Shown: positions 1 to 12,766 of the stretch, in pieces
Numbering within the stretch: position 1 is the stretch's first letter
Layout: each line of letters opens with the position of its first letter
DNA from: Cercozoa sp. M6MM
Taxonomy: Eukaryota; Protista; Endomyxa: Ascetosporea
NCBI GenBank assembly: GCA_040357565.1
Contig: JBDODJ010000126.1
Length of the DNA stretch: 32,324 nucleotides
Direction: 5' to 3' (one strand)
Notes under the pieces: generated by a model
Seen by the model: the letters and a program-made list of their open reading frames with translations, nothing else
The model's database searches: none
What the model was told of the DNA's origin: nothing
Translations under genes and position numbers: made by a program

Positions 1-579
1 AAAGCCAGCCCCCCCCCCCCCCGAATATACTTCTCTGAACTCGACTACCGGTCACAGTGACGGACAACGTCGTGTGTGCCGGGCCGTCGCCCTTGGAGGG
101 CCCGAGAGGCGAAGTCGGCGGCACGCCCGACGTCGACAAGTCTCCCAGAGCATGCGCGTTCACCGAGGCCACTGTCCGTCTGAGCAGCAGACAGGTCACA
201 TTGCACTCAGCGACATATCTGTAGGTTCGGGTCGCACCTCGACGGCGGCAGAGTGTCAAGGAACTGTGCAACTTTGGCACCCGTGAGAGACGTGCCTTCC
301 CACAGCAGCACCGAGTGCGCCTGGTAAAACTTGCCTGTGCCAGCCATCAAGATAACTTTGCCCAGTAAACCCGCCAAACCATTCGCAAACTACATACCGC
401 ACTCGCCCCTCTGGTAGTCGAACGCGAAGTGAAACAGCTGAGCAAAATGCCGTGCTTGTGCTGCCCACAACTGTATCGCTTATGTGTATGTGTCTCGGTC
501 CACAAGCACAACTCAAAGTGGCAGAAGGGCACTGTACCTCCAACTCTTCGTTTGAGTGTTGTTGGATTTGGCCGCTCAT
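1..579 (-). CDS. NTF2-like nuclear export factor (NXT1/p15-like), 3' end runs off the window
   Basis: Spliced translation MSGQIQQHSNEELELWAAQARHFAQLFHFAFDYQRGECGKFYQAHSVLLWEGTSLTGAKVAQFLDTLPPSRRTVASVNAHAL...TTLSVTVT matches the NXT1/NTF2 pattern (F..YY..D..R..L...Y...A.L.WNG....G....FF..LP.S). GT-AG introns are phase-consistent. Confidence 0.75.
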
Positions 580-794
580 TCCCTGATCGCAGCTATCTAG
601 GCAACTATTTCGTTTTGAATTCTCGTTTTGCACCCCTCGACTCCTGCCTACAATACGTACGGTGCACAGTGTGCACGCAGCCTCAAGGCTTTTATTGTGA
701 GCCGTCGCCAGGCGCTCCGGACACGCAGTGGTTGCGATTCTCCTGTACTGTAGATCTTGCAGGTAGCGTGTGCTAGCTGCTGTGTAGTGTTAAA
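580..794. promoter_or_regulatory. Putative bidirectional promoter (NTF2-like / twinfilin)
   Basis: 215 bp between divergent start codons; inferred from gene layout only. Confidence 0.45.
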
Positions 795-1604
795 ATGGCT
801 AGTCTTAGTGGCATTAAGTGTAAGTTGCATCGTTGTCTTTTCCTTTATCCAAACACGTATTGTTTTGTTTTGTTGATTATAACGAGTCACGTTTCCTTTT
901 GTCAAAAACAGTGGCCGATGCGGCTCTAAACGCTGTTTCCACCGTTTGCACCGGTGAAAATATCTTTGTTCAGCTGCGCATCAAGGACGAACAGTTTGAG
1001 GTCCTGCAGCAGCACCCGTACCCCATCCTGCTGCACCTGGTGGGCGTTGTCATTGATTTGTATTGCTTGCAGGGGAGAGGCGAACGCTGCCGCGGATTTC
1101 GCTGCCCTCGCCACGACCTGCACTGGTAGAAGACTCGACACTGGCACAGATACACCTGACTAATGAGCCATGCCATGGGACTGCAGGCCGGGAGCCGTGG
1201 CTGGCAGTGCTGCGTAACCGCGCCTCAGTGACGCCGCAGAAGGTGAGTTACTTGCCTTTGTGTGTGTGTGTGTGTGGATGTGTGTGCACGCCTTAATGTG
1301 CATGGTCCTGCAGACGCTACTGCTTGTTGCATTTGTGCCGACCTCTGCCAAGGTATCAGAATGCATGTGCTTTTGGTCTGGCTAAGTTAAACATGGCTTC
1401 TCTAGGTGTCGGACCGTATGATTTACGCCTCGTCGCGCGACGCTGTAAAGAGTGCCGTCGGCGTATGTTTCTTGAACAGAATTGAACATTACATTTCTTT
1501 TCCGACTGGTGTGTTCGTAGGCCTCGCAATTCGAGCCGGATCTTCAAGTGGAGACCGCCTCAGATTGCTCGCTCAAGGAATACCTGTCTTGGCGTGATCA
1601 TGCG

Positions 1605-1650
<46 letters not shown>

Positions 1651-2796
1651 CTCAGTGCTTCCCAGAAAGGTGGTTTACCTTTGTTTTCATACACAGAACG
1701 CCAACACGGACCTGCGCACCGACGCCGAGAAGGAAAAGGCCGAGGCTGACCGTGCCCTATCGCTACCTTTGCTTAGAGAGTGCGTGTGCTCAATGTTTGT
1801 TTGTGTTCTCAGGTGCCTCCAAGCTCGAACTCGGCGGTGGTTCACAGGTCCTGTTGTCCTGGACTTGCGTGCATGGTGTGTGTGTGTGTGTGTGAATGGT
1901 TTTGTGGTTGTGACTCTACAGGGAATGCGCTCTCTTCCCGTGCAGCCTGATGCCAGTAGGCTTGGCTTGTCTTGGGAAACATGCCTCGTGTACATGTGTA
2001 CATTTATATGTGACGTTAGGTTCCACGAGTGCCTTGTCGCAGCTGAAGACGACACCGGCTTCGGTCGCTCTGGCGCTGTTCTCCCTGGTGCGTTGGACAT
2101 AACCCTTTCCGTCACCTTGTCTGTCTGCTATGTGGGGTGTTTGCACAGGACGCGAACGAAACGATGCACGCAGAGACGGTGAAGCAGAACCAGCCGCTGT
2201 CGCCGTCGGAAGTGGCGTCGCGCCTGCCCCAGGATGAACCACGCTTTGTCGTATACCGCTGGTAAGATAACGCTTTCAGGTAGATGTTGATTAATGTAAC
2301 GAGTGTGCACGCAGGAACTCGCCTAGTAACGGCACCAAGTACATTTTCTTGTACTGGTGTCCTTCGGGCTCCAACCCGCGTCAGCGCATGTTTTACTCGC
2401 TCGTCAAGCAGGTACTCGCACCGGCAGTCGTTGTCCGCTGTCAGTGTTACCTTTTTGGGCGTGTAGTCGCTGTCGGCGGCGATGGAGGAACTCGGTATCC
2501 AGATCGACAAGAAGATGGAGATCGATTCAACACAGGAGATTGCCAGTGGTACTTCTTCTCTGGTGGAGGGTGGGTGTGTGCTCCTTGTACAAACACGCGC
2601 ATACGATGCCTGTGACCACAGACGCAGTGCTGCAAGCGGAGCTGTTCCCCAAGGCCGTCGCTGAAACCACCTCATTCGCCCGTCCCAAGCGACCTGGTAC
2701 CGCATCCCGTTGATACGTCGAACTATGCTTTGATACGCAGTTGGTGTAGGCCGCCCGGGTCGTGGACGTCGCTTGCCCAAAAAGGCTACGTTTTAA
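795..2796 (+). CDS. TWF: Twinfilin (two ADF-H domains + C-terminal tail), 16 exons
   Basis: MASLSGIK start; AFVPTSAKVSDRMIYASSRDAVK (ADF-H1); LPQDEPRFVVY, YIFLYWCPSGSNPRQRMFYS and IDKKMEID (ADF-H2); tail FARPKRPGRPGRGRR resembles the twinfilin FAKPKGP tail. 15 phase-consistent GT-AG introns; TAA at 2794-2796. Confidence 0.93.
1607..1649. repeat. (CA)n microsatellite in twinfilin intron
   Basis: Perfect CA run starting directly after the GT donor. Confidence 0.95.
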
Positions 2797-3202
2797 AGGT
2801 CAAGCGTCATGGTTGGTAAAAAATCGACGGTACGACACTGCGTCCGACCGTGACTCGGCCAACCCTGACCACTCGGAAATTCGATCAGTGCCGTGCGCCG
2901 CCGGACCCTGCGCTGATCATGAGGCGCGTTGCGTTGCATTGTTACGTTACTGTTAACCTACGTTACCGTAGGTCGCGTACACGACCGACGCGATCGACCG
3001 GACCGGGCATTCGAGTATGCGAAACAACCGAACTGAGCGGCAAGTTTCGTGCTCATTCATTTGCGTTGTGTTTTGTTTAGTTGAATCAACTGAATAAGCT
3101 AATCGAATATAGTACGTAGACTAAACCAGTTCGTTCATCAAATTGTTACTGCACACTTTCAGTCGTCATTGCTCTGACCCGTCCGCGTGGAGGTCATAAT
3201 CC

Positions 3203-3624
3203 ATGTCTCAAACAAGTTTGAGACTGGAGAGAAGTTTAAGAGTGTTTTGGCGTGGTACCTTGCTCTGAGACCTAACTACTGACTCAGTGGATTGCTGTTG
3301 CTGTAGATCTTGCCTGGACAGAGTCCTTGCAGAGAAGCAGAAAGCTCCGTTACGGCTTCAGCCTGGTCAGTTAGCTCATTGGCTGGTTTCCATTCCACTC
3401 ACTTCGTCGTGTGTTCACAGGTGGAGTTTTTCTTAAACGCATTGTTCCGACCAAGGACGTCTTCCTTCGGTCGAGATCCAGTGGGATCACTTCGAGACCC
3501 AGTAGGGGTAAATTTATTTCACCTTCAGTTCTAACGTTGACTCAACTGAGAGACGACTTATCTAACTGACTGATTTATTTAGTCTCTCCTTTCCCTTACT
3601 GATTGGGCCATGGAGCCGCAGTAA
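3203..3624 (+). CDS. Hypothetical 79-aa orphan protein, 4 exons
   Basis: Exons 3203-3254, 3307-3365, 3421-3507 and 3583-3624 join in frame: MSQTSLRLERSLRVFWRDLAWTESLQRSRKLRYGFSLVEFFLNALFRPRTSSFGRDPVGSLRDPVGSLLSLTDWAMEPQ*. Introns carry CTAAC/CTGAC/CTCAC branch-like motifs. Confidence 0.5.
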
Positions 3625-3806
3625 CAAAATCCAATCATGTCAGTAACTATCAACGCGCGGTGCGTGTGTAGGTAGGTTCGCATCGTATCCCGTTTCGTTT
3701 ACGCAACTGAACGCATTGGCACGGCAGCTCGACTATTTTCATTTCAAGAGATCGTGCCGACGACCATCTAGATCCACGGACCATCCCAGACTGTCAGCGA
3801 ACTCGA

Positions 3807-5334
3807 CTATAAGTCGCTGTGAACGTCGGGCGTTTCTTGGCCCAGAAGGGCGCACAAGCGGTGCATCCACACATCGCGCAGCATCGGCGTCGGCAAGGCG
3901 AGCGCCACTGTCTGCGTTGTTTTGCCATGCGTGTCCTGAGTGTAACGAGCATATCAGTGATCTATCGTTTATGCATGCATGAGCTAGTACTAACCTGGGC
4001 CGTGAGGGAAAACACGTGTTTGGACAGTGTGCTTGCCTTGGTGCGCGACATGTTGCTACGCACAGTAGGCATGCTATTTTTAGTTTCGTCGGACTCGCAT
4101 CATTAGCGGAGAAAATACCTGCTCCAGACACGCACGCCACAGAGACGCATCTGATCGCTACGACGCGAGCCCCAGCATAAAGTTGCCACTTCTGCTGCGT
4201 GTGCACCAAAGATCACCCACCAAGAACGTCCATACCCCTACTTGCAACACTGAGTAAGGAAGCAGGTACCATCGGCATCATAGGCGCGAACGATGCGCAG
4301 CACGCCGAACCTGGCCGAAGCAAACCGATTGGCTGGCAGTCGTGCGCAAGCTGACACGAAGTCTTCTGCACAAGGCACACGGCCAGTCCACATGCCTACA
4401 GTAACATTCCACCCCACGGAAGAAGCACTCGACACCTGTTTGGTACAGGTTCTCCTTCGTTTGCATGTTCATGAGTCGACGCAGGATCTGTGCGTACACA
4501 CAGAAAAATTATGGCTATTTCTTACTCTATGTGTGAACATGTGAGCAGTCACACATGAAGGCACCTTGTGTTGTGCAGTGGGCGAGCCGCTGTACACTGA
4601 CGGGGAATACGTACTAGAGTCGAAAGTCGTTCCGAGCGTGGTGCTGCCGATGCTACTGGCGCTCACTGGCTCCTCCGTCACAGTGCACAGCGAGGGCTGT
4701 GGTCACACAACACACACACGGAAATAAAGAGTGGACTACAACACATACACGGAATACGGTATGCGGGGTCGACAGTCGTGGCCGCGACCGTCGTCGGAAG
4801 TCATCGTGCAAGTCATCCTGTTCAACAAGGATCCCATACTCAGTCCATACCACCCATGATACGCTTAAATACGGACAGGTACCAGGTCACTCTCGAGGTA
4901 CTGCGTGAGCGTTAGCGATGCACCTGTGTCGACACTAAGGTGCGATGTCTTGCTGCTACTAAGGGTGACTGAGGCATAGCGTTTAAGGTCGTTGCTGTCC
5001 GGCTCGGCATTGCTGCCTTGCAGCCTCTGAATCAAGGCGGTAACCTCATTGTCTGAGGATAGCACACTGGCATTCAGCTCCTCCGAGATCCACTGAACAC
5101 AGGCACCCATACACACACGCACGCACACGCACATACGTACACACATGGAGTGGACAGGAGCAATACCAGTCTGGTGCAGCCAACCACAGTGCCGCCAATC
5201 AAAGTCACGGCAACCACCAGACCGGCGTGTTCGACGCGACCGAGTGTGACGGCATACCTCCCTGATCCAGACGGTTCTATTCTCACGTGTCGACACCGGT
5301 GCTGCTCCCGCAACTCCAGCGTGCCCGATGACAC

Positions 5335-5383
<49 letters not shown>

Positions 5384-5393
5384 NNNNNNNNNN

Positions 5394-5441
<48 letters not shown>

Positions 5442-5724
5442 CACAGTATAGACAAATCGCCAGGTTGACACGTAGGACACGTAGGACAGCGTACCAACTC
5501 AGGTACTGGCACAGGTCCGTACACGCGTACTTCTGCCTGTCCTTCTTCAGCTACAGCAGACACATACATGGCAGGCAGACTGTTTGAACACAGACATATA
5601 AAGACACCTTGTTCGGAAGTAAGAGCGACAGTGAAACGGATGCGTTTGCGGCGCTTCTTTTTGCGAGGCGTGTCGTCGGCGCGACTCGTGTTCAGCACAC
5701 TGTCGGACGACACATTGAGCAGAC

Positions 5725-5766
<42 letters not shown>

Positions 5767-6003
5767 GGTTGTTGTTGTTGTTGTCGTCGTGATTGAACAG
5801 TGCTGGTAGCAGAGTCGCCGGTAGCACAAGAGAAAAAGAAACCGAACGCGACGGCAGCGCCTGCAGTAGCGAGAGTGACGTCATGTGCGGCGACACCTCG
5901 GAGAAGGACACCTGTCGTCCCGTCCCATGTCGCAGTGGTTTGTACTCGAGCTGCACGACTCCTCTCGCTCGCGTCGCACTGTAAACACACTGTCATGCTA
6001 CCA

Positions 6004-6055
<52 letters not shown>

Positions 6056-6065
6056 NNNNNNNNNN

Positions 6066-6149
<84 letters not shown>

Positions 6150-7888
6150 CGATACATAAAGGTACAAGAAGAAGGGCGAGCACGAGAACTCTCGGTTGGC
6201 GTAGAACACGCGCAGTGCAAAGACCGAGGCACGAGAAGCGACCTGCATTGTCGCCACAAAGCAACCCGCTTCCTGCACAGACAATGCACCTGACTTCTGC
6301 CGTGTCATCTGTCATGGGAATACTGCGGTACCGACGCATGGACATCGACTGCTTTCTGCGAAACATCTGCATCATTGCCCACGGCGTCTGTCAGTGGCCC
6401 ATACATGATCGCGTTGAGCTGTCATGACATAGCAAGATAGACCCTCACAAAATAGCAAGAAGACAGTGAGAGACGCAGGGGTACCCTGTCGCTATGCTCA
6501 TCATTCGAAGCCAAGAGGGACTCGCGCGACGGGTCGATACGCACGCTAACACTGCGCGTTCGTTCCGAAGCGTGCAAAATCTGCAGACGCTGCAGTAAGG
6601 ATCGCCGTCGCTGTTTCAACGCGTGCTCCAGGCTAGGTGCAGGCGGACTCAACTGCAGCACGGACGGACCTCCTGCAGTTGGCTGGAGCGGCGACAGGAC
6701 CGGCGACTCGGGCACCTTGTTGCCACCGCCGACTCCAGGACCCGAGTCCGAGAACGAGCTACTTCGCGGCAACGTGAACTCTCGCTACAAATCGAGCAAA
6801 CAAGAGTCAGCGAATAGACAGCTGTACACAGATAGACAGAAACAGAGAGATAGATGGGGAGAGAGATGGGGTCACCATCGAATGCACAAGCACAAAGTCG
6901 CGAGAGGCAGGACGGTGCCGCATCCAACGCACACGCATGCCATCGAAGAAGAACACAACTGGCGAGCCTGCTTGCTCTCTAAGGGGAGGCAGAGAGATAC
7001 ACATACAAATATAAATACATATACGTATTCGTACCGTCCTTCAATGTAGACAGACACGGCGTAGGCACCAATCACATTGCGAATTTGCTCCAGCTGTGCG
7101 GCCGACAGAGAGCGGTTGGGCGACGTTATGGCGCGAGACAGCTCCTCGCTGATAGACGGCGTCACCAGCGCCGACAACGAGGCCGGTTCGTCCTCTCTAC
7201 AAGTAGGGCACAGGGGGTAGGACAGAGGGTGGAGGGTAGGTTAGAGGATGGGTTGGAGGGACAGACATGGGTTGAATTATACCCCGGAGTGTAGACGAGA
7301 TCAATGCGCTGCGGCTTGCGCGCACGCATGCGACTCTGCAGCGACGCCGCGCGCACCTCGGCGAGGTTATTTAGCAGCGAATGACGCCGACTGCCGCGCC
7401 GCGCGTTGCCGCTGCCGGACTTGGCACAGGCCAGCGAGCCAATGGTCGTTGCTCCGAGGCCGCGTCGCACGGTACTGCTGCCGGTGCGGTCCCTACCTCG
7501 TCTCGTATGCGATGTGTCCTCCTCCAGTTCTAGCGGGTCCACCAGTGCGTCCAGCGTCGACCGGATCGGTCCGTACACGAGAATGGAGACGCGGCCGCCG
7601 AGTGCCTTCTGAGCCAGTGCACTGAAGGACGCAGCGTCCTCGTCGTTGCCTGTGCAGCTGATAGGCTGCACGGGTGCACCACCTTTGGAGAAAGAAGCTG
7701 TACTGATGTCGCTGCCGAGACTCGAGGTGCTCACGGCACGACGAAAGTTGAGGTTCGCGGCACTGCTGGCAGGCACGACCGTCAGGTTCGACGCGAACGT
7801 GAAGCCACCGCTGCTGACGCTGCTGTTCTTGGGCGTTGTGTTTGGCGTGACTGTACCATAGAATAGGCATGTACACACACACACACAC

Positions 7889-7919
<31 letters not shown>

Positions 7920-9079
7920 GATATACACACAAGCACGCACACACACGCACAGACATACACACAGACACACAGATACATAGACACACATGTACGCACGAGA
8001 ACATACGCTGAGGAGAGCTGCGCCGACTCGGACTCTGACTCGACGCCTGGCGCAACGACACGCGCAGTCGCAGTGCCAGCTGCTTGTGTCGTCTCCTCTT
8101 GGACTGGGCTGCACTCGCACAGGAGGATGGCACATCAACCCGCCCACAGGCACCGCGCAAAGAGGCAAGTGTACATGCACCGTCATTGACCGAGGAAGAC
8201 ACACTCCACTCCGACTCGGACGCCGACTCAAATGACGTGCCTGCACAACGACTCTACTTCGAGACACGCAGACAGCGAAGCAAAGTCAGCTGATCCTACC
8301 AGAAGCGTTACTGTTGACGGAACTCGACGACCAGCGGCGTATGTCAGCGGACACAGCAGTCGCTGGGGGACCGAGACTCAGTGCCACCGGTCCTCGAGGC
8401 GTCGAAACCTTGAGCCGCGGCGACGGCACTTTAAACTTGGGCGACGGCACTCGGAACTGCGCGCGCGGAGGCGACGGCGGCAGTAAGTCGAACGGCGTCT
8501 GCGACGGCGACGAGGGGACCACCTGTCCCGCCGAAGCAGGCGGGTTCGAGTTCCAGGCCAGGAGGTCCTCGCACGCCGTGCGCATCCACTCGCTCACCTG
8601 CGTTTCCACAAAGTCGGCCAGATGGCGTCGTCTCTCGGCGTTCACCACACTGCGCTCAAGGACACTCATACAGACATACATGCATGCATACATACACTAC
8701 ATAAAGCTTGGTAGTAAACTAGTCAGGTACGAGCTCGGGTCGTCACGTCGCACCAGGAACTCGCGGTTCTGTACGCCTGCTGACGAAGCGGCCGGTTCAA
8801 GCCACTGCACCGTTGAGCCAGACAACGTCGGTGTCAGGCAGAGGAGGCACAAGGAGGGTAAACAACGCACAAAGTACCTTGGTGTCCTTCTGCCGAACGG
8901 CAAAACCTAGAGGCGAGAAGGGCGCCTCCTGGTCGCCGTAAAACACGGTGATTTGGTAGACTCCGCGACTGCGCGGACGGGCTCGAGCCACGTAGCGCCG
9001 GATGTTGCGTGTGACGCCCGTCTTTGGTACTTTAACTGCCGGTCAAACAAACGCTGGTACACACACACACACACACACA

Positions 9080-9120
<41 letters not shown>

Positions 9121-10464
9121 ACACACACACAGACACACAGACACACAGACACACACAGAGTAAGACATACAGCTGTCATCGTCGTTTGTGCTCTCTCTGA
9201 TGTCGAGCACACGCTGGACTGTGGTGTCTTTACCTACACACATACACACAGTATGCACACAGCTGAAGAAGGAACGGAGGCAGTTAAGAAGAGGTTAGGA
9301 AGAAAGGCACCGTCATCACGAATCGGACCCACGAGATGCACACGAATCTCGTCGAAGGGTACATCAGTTTGCAGCATCAATGGCACCACCGGCACTCTAG
9401 CCTTGTTGCGCACCTCCTCGGACTCCCGTCTGTTGGCGTTGACACAGGTACACCAGCAAAGTGGTACAAGGAGAGTACCTGTGTTGGATTTCGGCAGCAC
9501 GTGCTGTGGCCCACTGCTTAAGCTGTCTCTCCGACTCTATTGCCCACAGGCATACTTTGTGCGCACTCATATATGCTTCCAGAAGGCAAATGCGGCGGTA
9601 CCAGCGCGACGTCGCGCAACGAACCGCATATCACGCGTTAAACGCAGCTTGCGCGGCAAGGGCTCGCGCACGTCGACGCATTCGCTGCGATGCCACTCAA
9701 AACGGTACCTTACCCTGGCATCGGTAGTGTCGATAGCTTCCACCTTAAGACACAGCGGCGAGAATGGCAGCATTCGTCCGCTACAAACACAGACAGATGA
9801 TACCAATGGGACAAAAACATTATAACGCGGTACTTGTGTGACACTACCAGAGCGAGATGTGGATTGCAAAGATGCCAGCACAGGGCGGCTCGAACACAAC
9901 GCGAAACGTGTCGCTTCTGGCATCTGTCGAATCGCAGAACCGACGCATCGTGTATCACACATCGCGTGTTTATTTGTTCAAGTGACTGAGGTACCAACAG
10001 GCACCGAACTTCCATCACCAGCGTCGCAGGATTCGTTCGCACTGGCGTCGAGCACAGCAGAGATGTCGCTGATTCGCCAGGACGCCATTAATGGGGTACT
10101 GACCGAATCCGTGTTCTTTGCTGTCGCTGTGAATGCATTCAAATAGCACAACACAAATAGAAACGGTAACGGTTGAACTTAATTGCCTGTACCCAATGGT
10201 AAGAACGGGCCAGCATAGGACACTGCGGCAAAGAGGGCAGGTACAAGTAGTAACAGGAAACGGCCCCTCCATCATAACAAAGTACCTGCAACTTGATCAC
10301 GCGTTAAACGGGCACCGCCAGTGCGAACGACAAACGAAATGTTGTCATACATCGCTCTGATATACGACACATCGGGCAATTCACCCCAAGCAAAGGAGAA
10401 AAACGACATGTACGCATTCGTACGAGTGCTACACTGGCGAGCCGACGGTCCCCACGTGGAGGCA
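3807..10464 (-). CDS. Large multi-exon protein: ~5 divergent filamin/ABP280 Ig-like repeats, Ser/Pro-rich linkers, C-terminal PH-like domain; start codon uncertain (may extend to ~10730)
   Basis: Repeat motifs include VSYAGP...FRVVFEPPCAGIFAIHISLCGRMLPFSPL, IRVHLVGP...RGVYQITVFYGDQEAPFSPL, ILVYGP...GAYAVSVYIEGREQAGSP, IMYGP...FALRVFYANREFSCSPF and VRVYGP...IEPSGSGRYAV. C-terminus ATLCWGS...VFSLTAQ...VALALPTPMLRDVWMHRLCALL. TAG at 3807-3809. Confidence 0.7.
5337..5440. repeat. (CA)n/(TG)n microsatellite with 10-N scaffold gap (5384-5393), intronic
   Basis: Seen directly; the (TG)n tract on the minus-strand transcript runs up to the 3' splice site. Confidence 0.95.
5725..5783 (-). repeat. (AAC)n trinucleotide repeat, apparently coding poly-Asn in the filamin-PH gene
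   Basis: (GTT)n on plus strand; in frame HDDNNNNNHNNNNNNNNNNNNNSLL continues into KRIRFTV. Confidence 0.75.
6008..6148. repeat. (CA)n microsatellite with 10-N gap (6056-6065), intronic
   Basis: Seen directly. Confidence 0.95.
7873..7988. repeat. Imperfect (CA)n microsatellite, intronic
   Basis: Seen directly. Confidence 0.9.
9059..9158. repeat. Imperfect (CA)n microsatellite, intronic
   Basis: Seen directly. Confidence 0.9.
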
Positions 10465-10898
10465 CTGTGCACGGATTGCACGCACACGCACACCAGCACC
10501 CTAGATTTGGAACAAGCGCGGCACGGTGTCAGGATTTGAGGAATCAAAAAATGGATCGATGACTCTCTGTGACAGGCAGTAGGCTTCAATCCCGTAGGAG
10601 GCGACTGCGATCCCAGCCTCAGTATAATAGGCTATAGATAGTAGAGTTATGAAACCACAAGGCCTACAGACACCTTTTGCATACTGTAACTCCCGACCAC
10701 TTTGGCTCTGATCAAAACCATGATATGGCATTAATTGGCATCAAATGACCAGTGACGCCAGCTGCCAGAGTGTCCTCTGTGTGCGGTGCTGTGCCGATCC
10801 GACTGTCTGCGGTGGTTGATACGCGCTAATTTCATTTCGTTCGGGCGGGCATTGAATTGACAGTAGGATAGCGACCGGATGAGTGATGTGTGAACGAA

Positions 10899-12476
10899 CT
10901 ACGTCGTGGCGTCCGCGACTGCGCTTTGGATGTCGCCCGTGCATTGGCCGGCCTGAATGCCAAGGTACATCAGGTGCTGGTCGAGCGAGGTTTGAATGCC
11001 GCCTCGGCCTAAGAAATAGCAATCCGATCCGCAGTCAATGAGAATGGATAGCTCATCGTACTGCAGTTTTTATCCTCGTCGTCAGAATCACGGCAGAGGC
11101 GGTACTCGCTCGGGTCACGCTTGTTGTGGTACCAGACCTCTTGCGCGCCGTGGCGGAATCCAAAGCTGCGAAGGGGCAGCCCGGGAACGGAATCCCTAAC
11201 AACGCAGGACACAACCAGGTAGAATGCTCTGAGTAGTGGAATAAAACTTGGGACAGCAAAGACACTACCTGCGGTGCACAACACGGAAGATGGAGTCAAC
11301 AACACCCGGAATGTCCTGGTTTCGAAAGATCGGGTCTCCCACTGCATTGTACCATCACAAGTAACATTAATAATTAGACAGACAAGGCTCACACCTCTGG
11401 GCGAGCCAAACGTAATCACACGCGTCATCATGGAGTCAGGGAGGTCCTGGCCAATGTCGACGGCACTCAGCTGCGCCAGGGCGCCTCTGCACACGACCAG
11501 TAAGGCAATATCAACGAAATTTATGTGCACGCATACCAGAGGTACCCAAGCGAATGTCCAGTGAAGGTCACTGCACGTGCTTTGAAACGACGCGCTACAC
11601 CCAACAATGCGCAATCTAGCAACAACACCAGGCATGACTGGAATTGGCACCGGTGGTTTCGACGAGGTGCCACAGCTGCTCCTGGAGAGATTCCGAATAC
11701 CCGCGCAGGAAGCCCTGTTTAAGATGCATAACAGTGACAGTGCATAATTATAAGAGAGGAGAAACTACCTTGTGCACGCGTCCTCGGCTTCTCTCCCAGT
11801 CAGTCTTGACAGTGTCCAGACTGCATTATCACATAAAAATCTTACACGCACATGTGCGTCCATGCATGTGCATACGGTACTTGTTAAACCAATTCTGAAG
11901 GTTCTCCGAGCCGCGAAACACAACAACGACCTGCCCATCAGGGAGTGGAGGGAGAAGTGTGACAGACAGGCCAGAGGCAAGGAAGCGGCAGGGCCCTTAC
12001 ATCGCGCTCCTTGGGATCGTAGCCAACGTAACCAAACGTCTTCTGTCGTTTGTCTTCAAAGTCGCTCTAAACGTGCATAGTTCGCATAACTACAAAATGA
12101 ATCAACGCTGTCGATACCACAAAAATGAAATTGCGCAACTCTGGCTCCTTTGCATAACTAGAACTCCAAAGTTCGAGCAACTGAAAGAGCACACGACAAA
12201 GATCCAGGTGCGCGTGGCAGAAAGACAGCGACACAACGTACATCGCCGCAGAATGAGTTAAAGGAGTGTTTAACCAAACGGCTGCCTTCGGCGTGGGTGT
12301 ATCTGACGGACAAAAGATGTGACCTCTCACATGCGCCATCACATTCAAAACAATAGTGGGTGCGGGTACCTGTAGTCAGACTCACTCTCCACCGCTGTGA
12401 CTAGCTCTGAAACTTTCGCGTGAACGTCAAACGCCAGTGCTACAGTTGATACAAGCGCTAGCAGTATCAGTTTCAT
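10899..12476 (-). CDS. Secreted class 3 (fungal-type) triacylglycerol lipase
   Basis: Signal peptide MKLILLALVSTVALA; VVVFRGSENLQNW; VHKGF; nucleophile TFTGHSLGGALA; TFGSPRVG; RVVHRRDSVPGLP (Asp); EVWY; DQHLMYLG (His). Triad intact; TAG stop. Confidence 0.93.
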
Positions 12477-12766
12477 TGCGGTCCGAGTTTTTGGTATCGA
12501 TACTGCACACAACATTGTATCGAACGATACGTCTTGCGATCCGAAAATCCAAAGAAACGCACAAATGATAGGTGCCAACCAACAGCTAAGGGCTGCTGCA
12601 ACAGCTTTTTGGACAAGCAAACTGTGCCAGGAGTGCTGGTGCGAAGAACGCTCGAAAAAATTAAAAAGGTGATTCCAGGAACGTCTCTGCTCCGTGCGTG
12701 CAGTCGTTCTAACACGCACTACTATTGAGAAAGCTAATTAAAAGTGCCAACGAGACTTTTCGGCCG

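Noticed and set aside
3200-3620. Hairpin-rich stretch considered as RNase P/MRP RNA
   Set aside because: No convincing CR-I/CR-V (P4) match; better explained by a spliced small ORF.
4115-4240. Apparent in-frame TAG in a PH-helix-like reading (FMLGLAS*RSDASLWRACLEQ), suggesting stop-codon reassignment
   Set aside because: A longer intron ending ...cacacgcag gives an open, phase-consistent reading through to the real PH helix. TAG ends this gene, the lipase and the membrane protein normally, and no in-frame stops occur in kinesin, twinfilin, annexin or CutA.
5384-5393. Runs of ten N (also 6056, 25340, 31341)
   Set aside because: Scaffolding placeholders inside microsatellites, not biology. 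True repeat lengths are unknown.
5150-6427. ORFs rich in HTHT/CVCV dipeptides here and across the window, resembling metal-binding proteins
   Set aside because: They are translations of intronic (CA)n/(TG)n microsatellites.
10695-10730. CTTTGGCTCTGATCAA resembling U2 snRNA stem I
   Set aside because: It lacks the GTAGTA branch-pairing sequence and an appropriately placed Sm site; likely chance.
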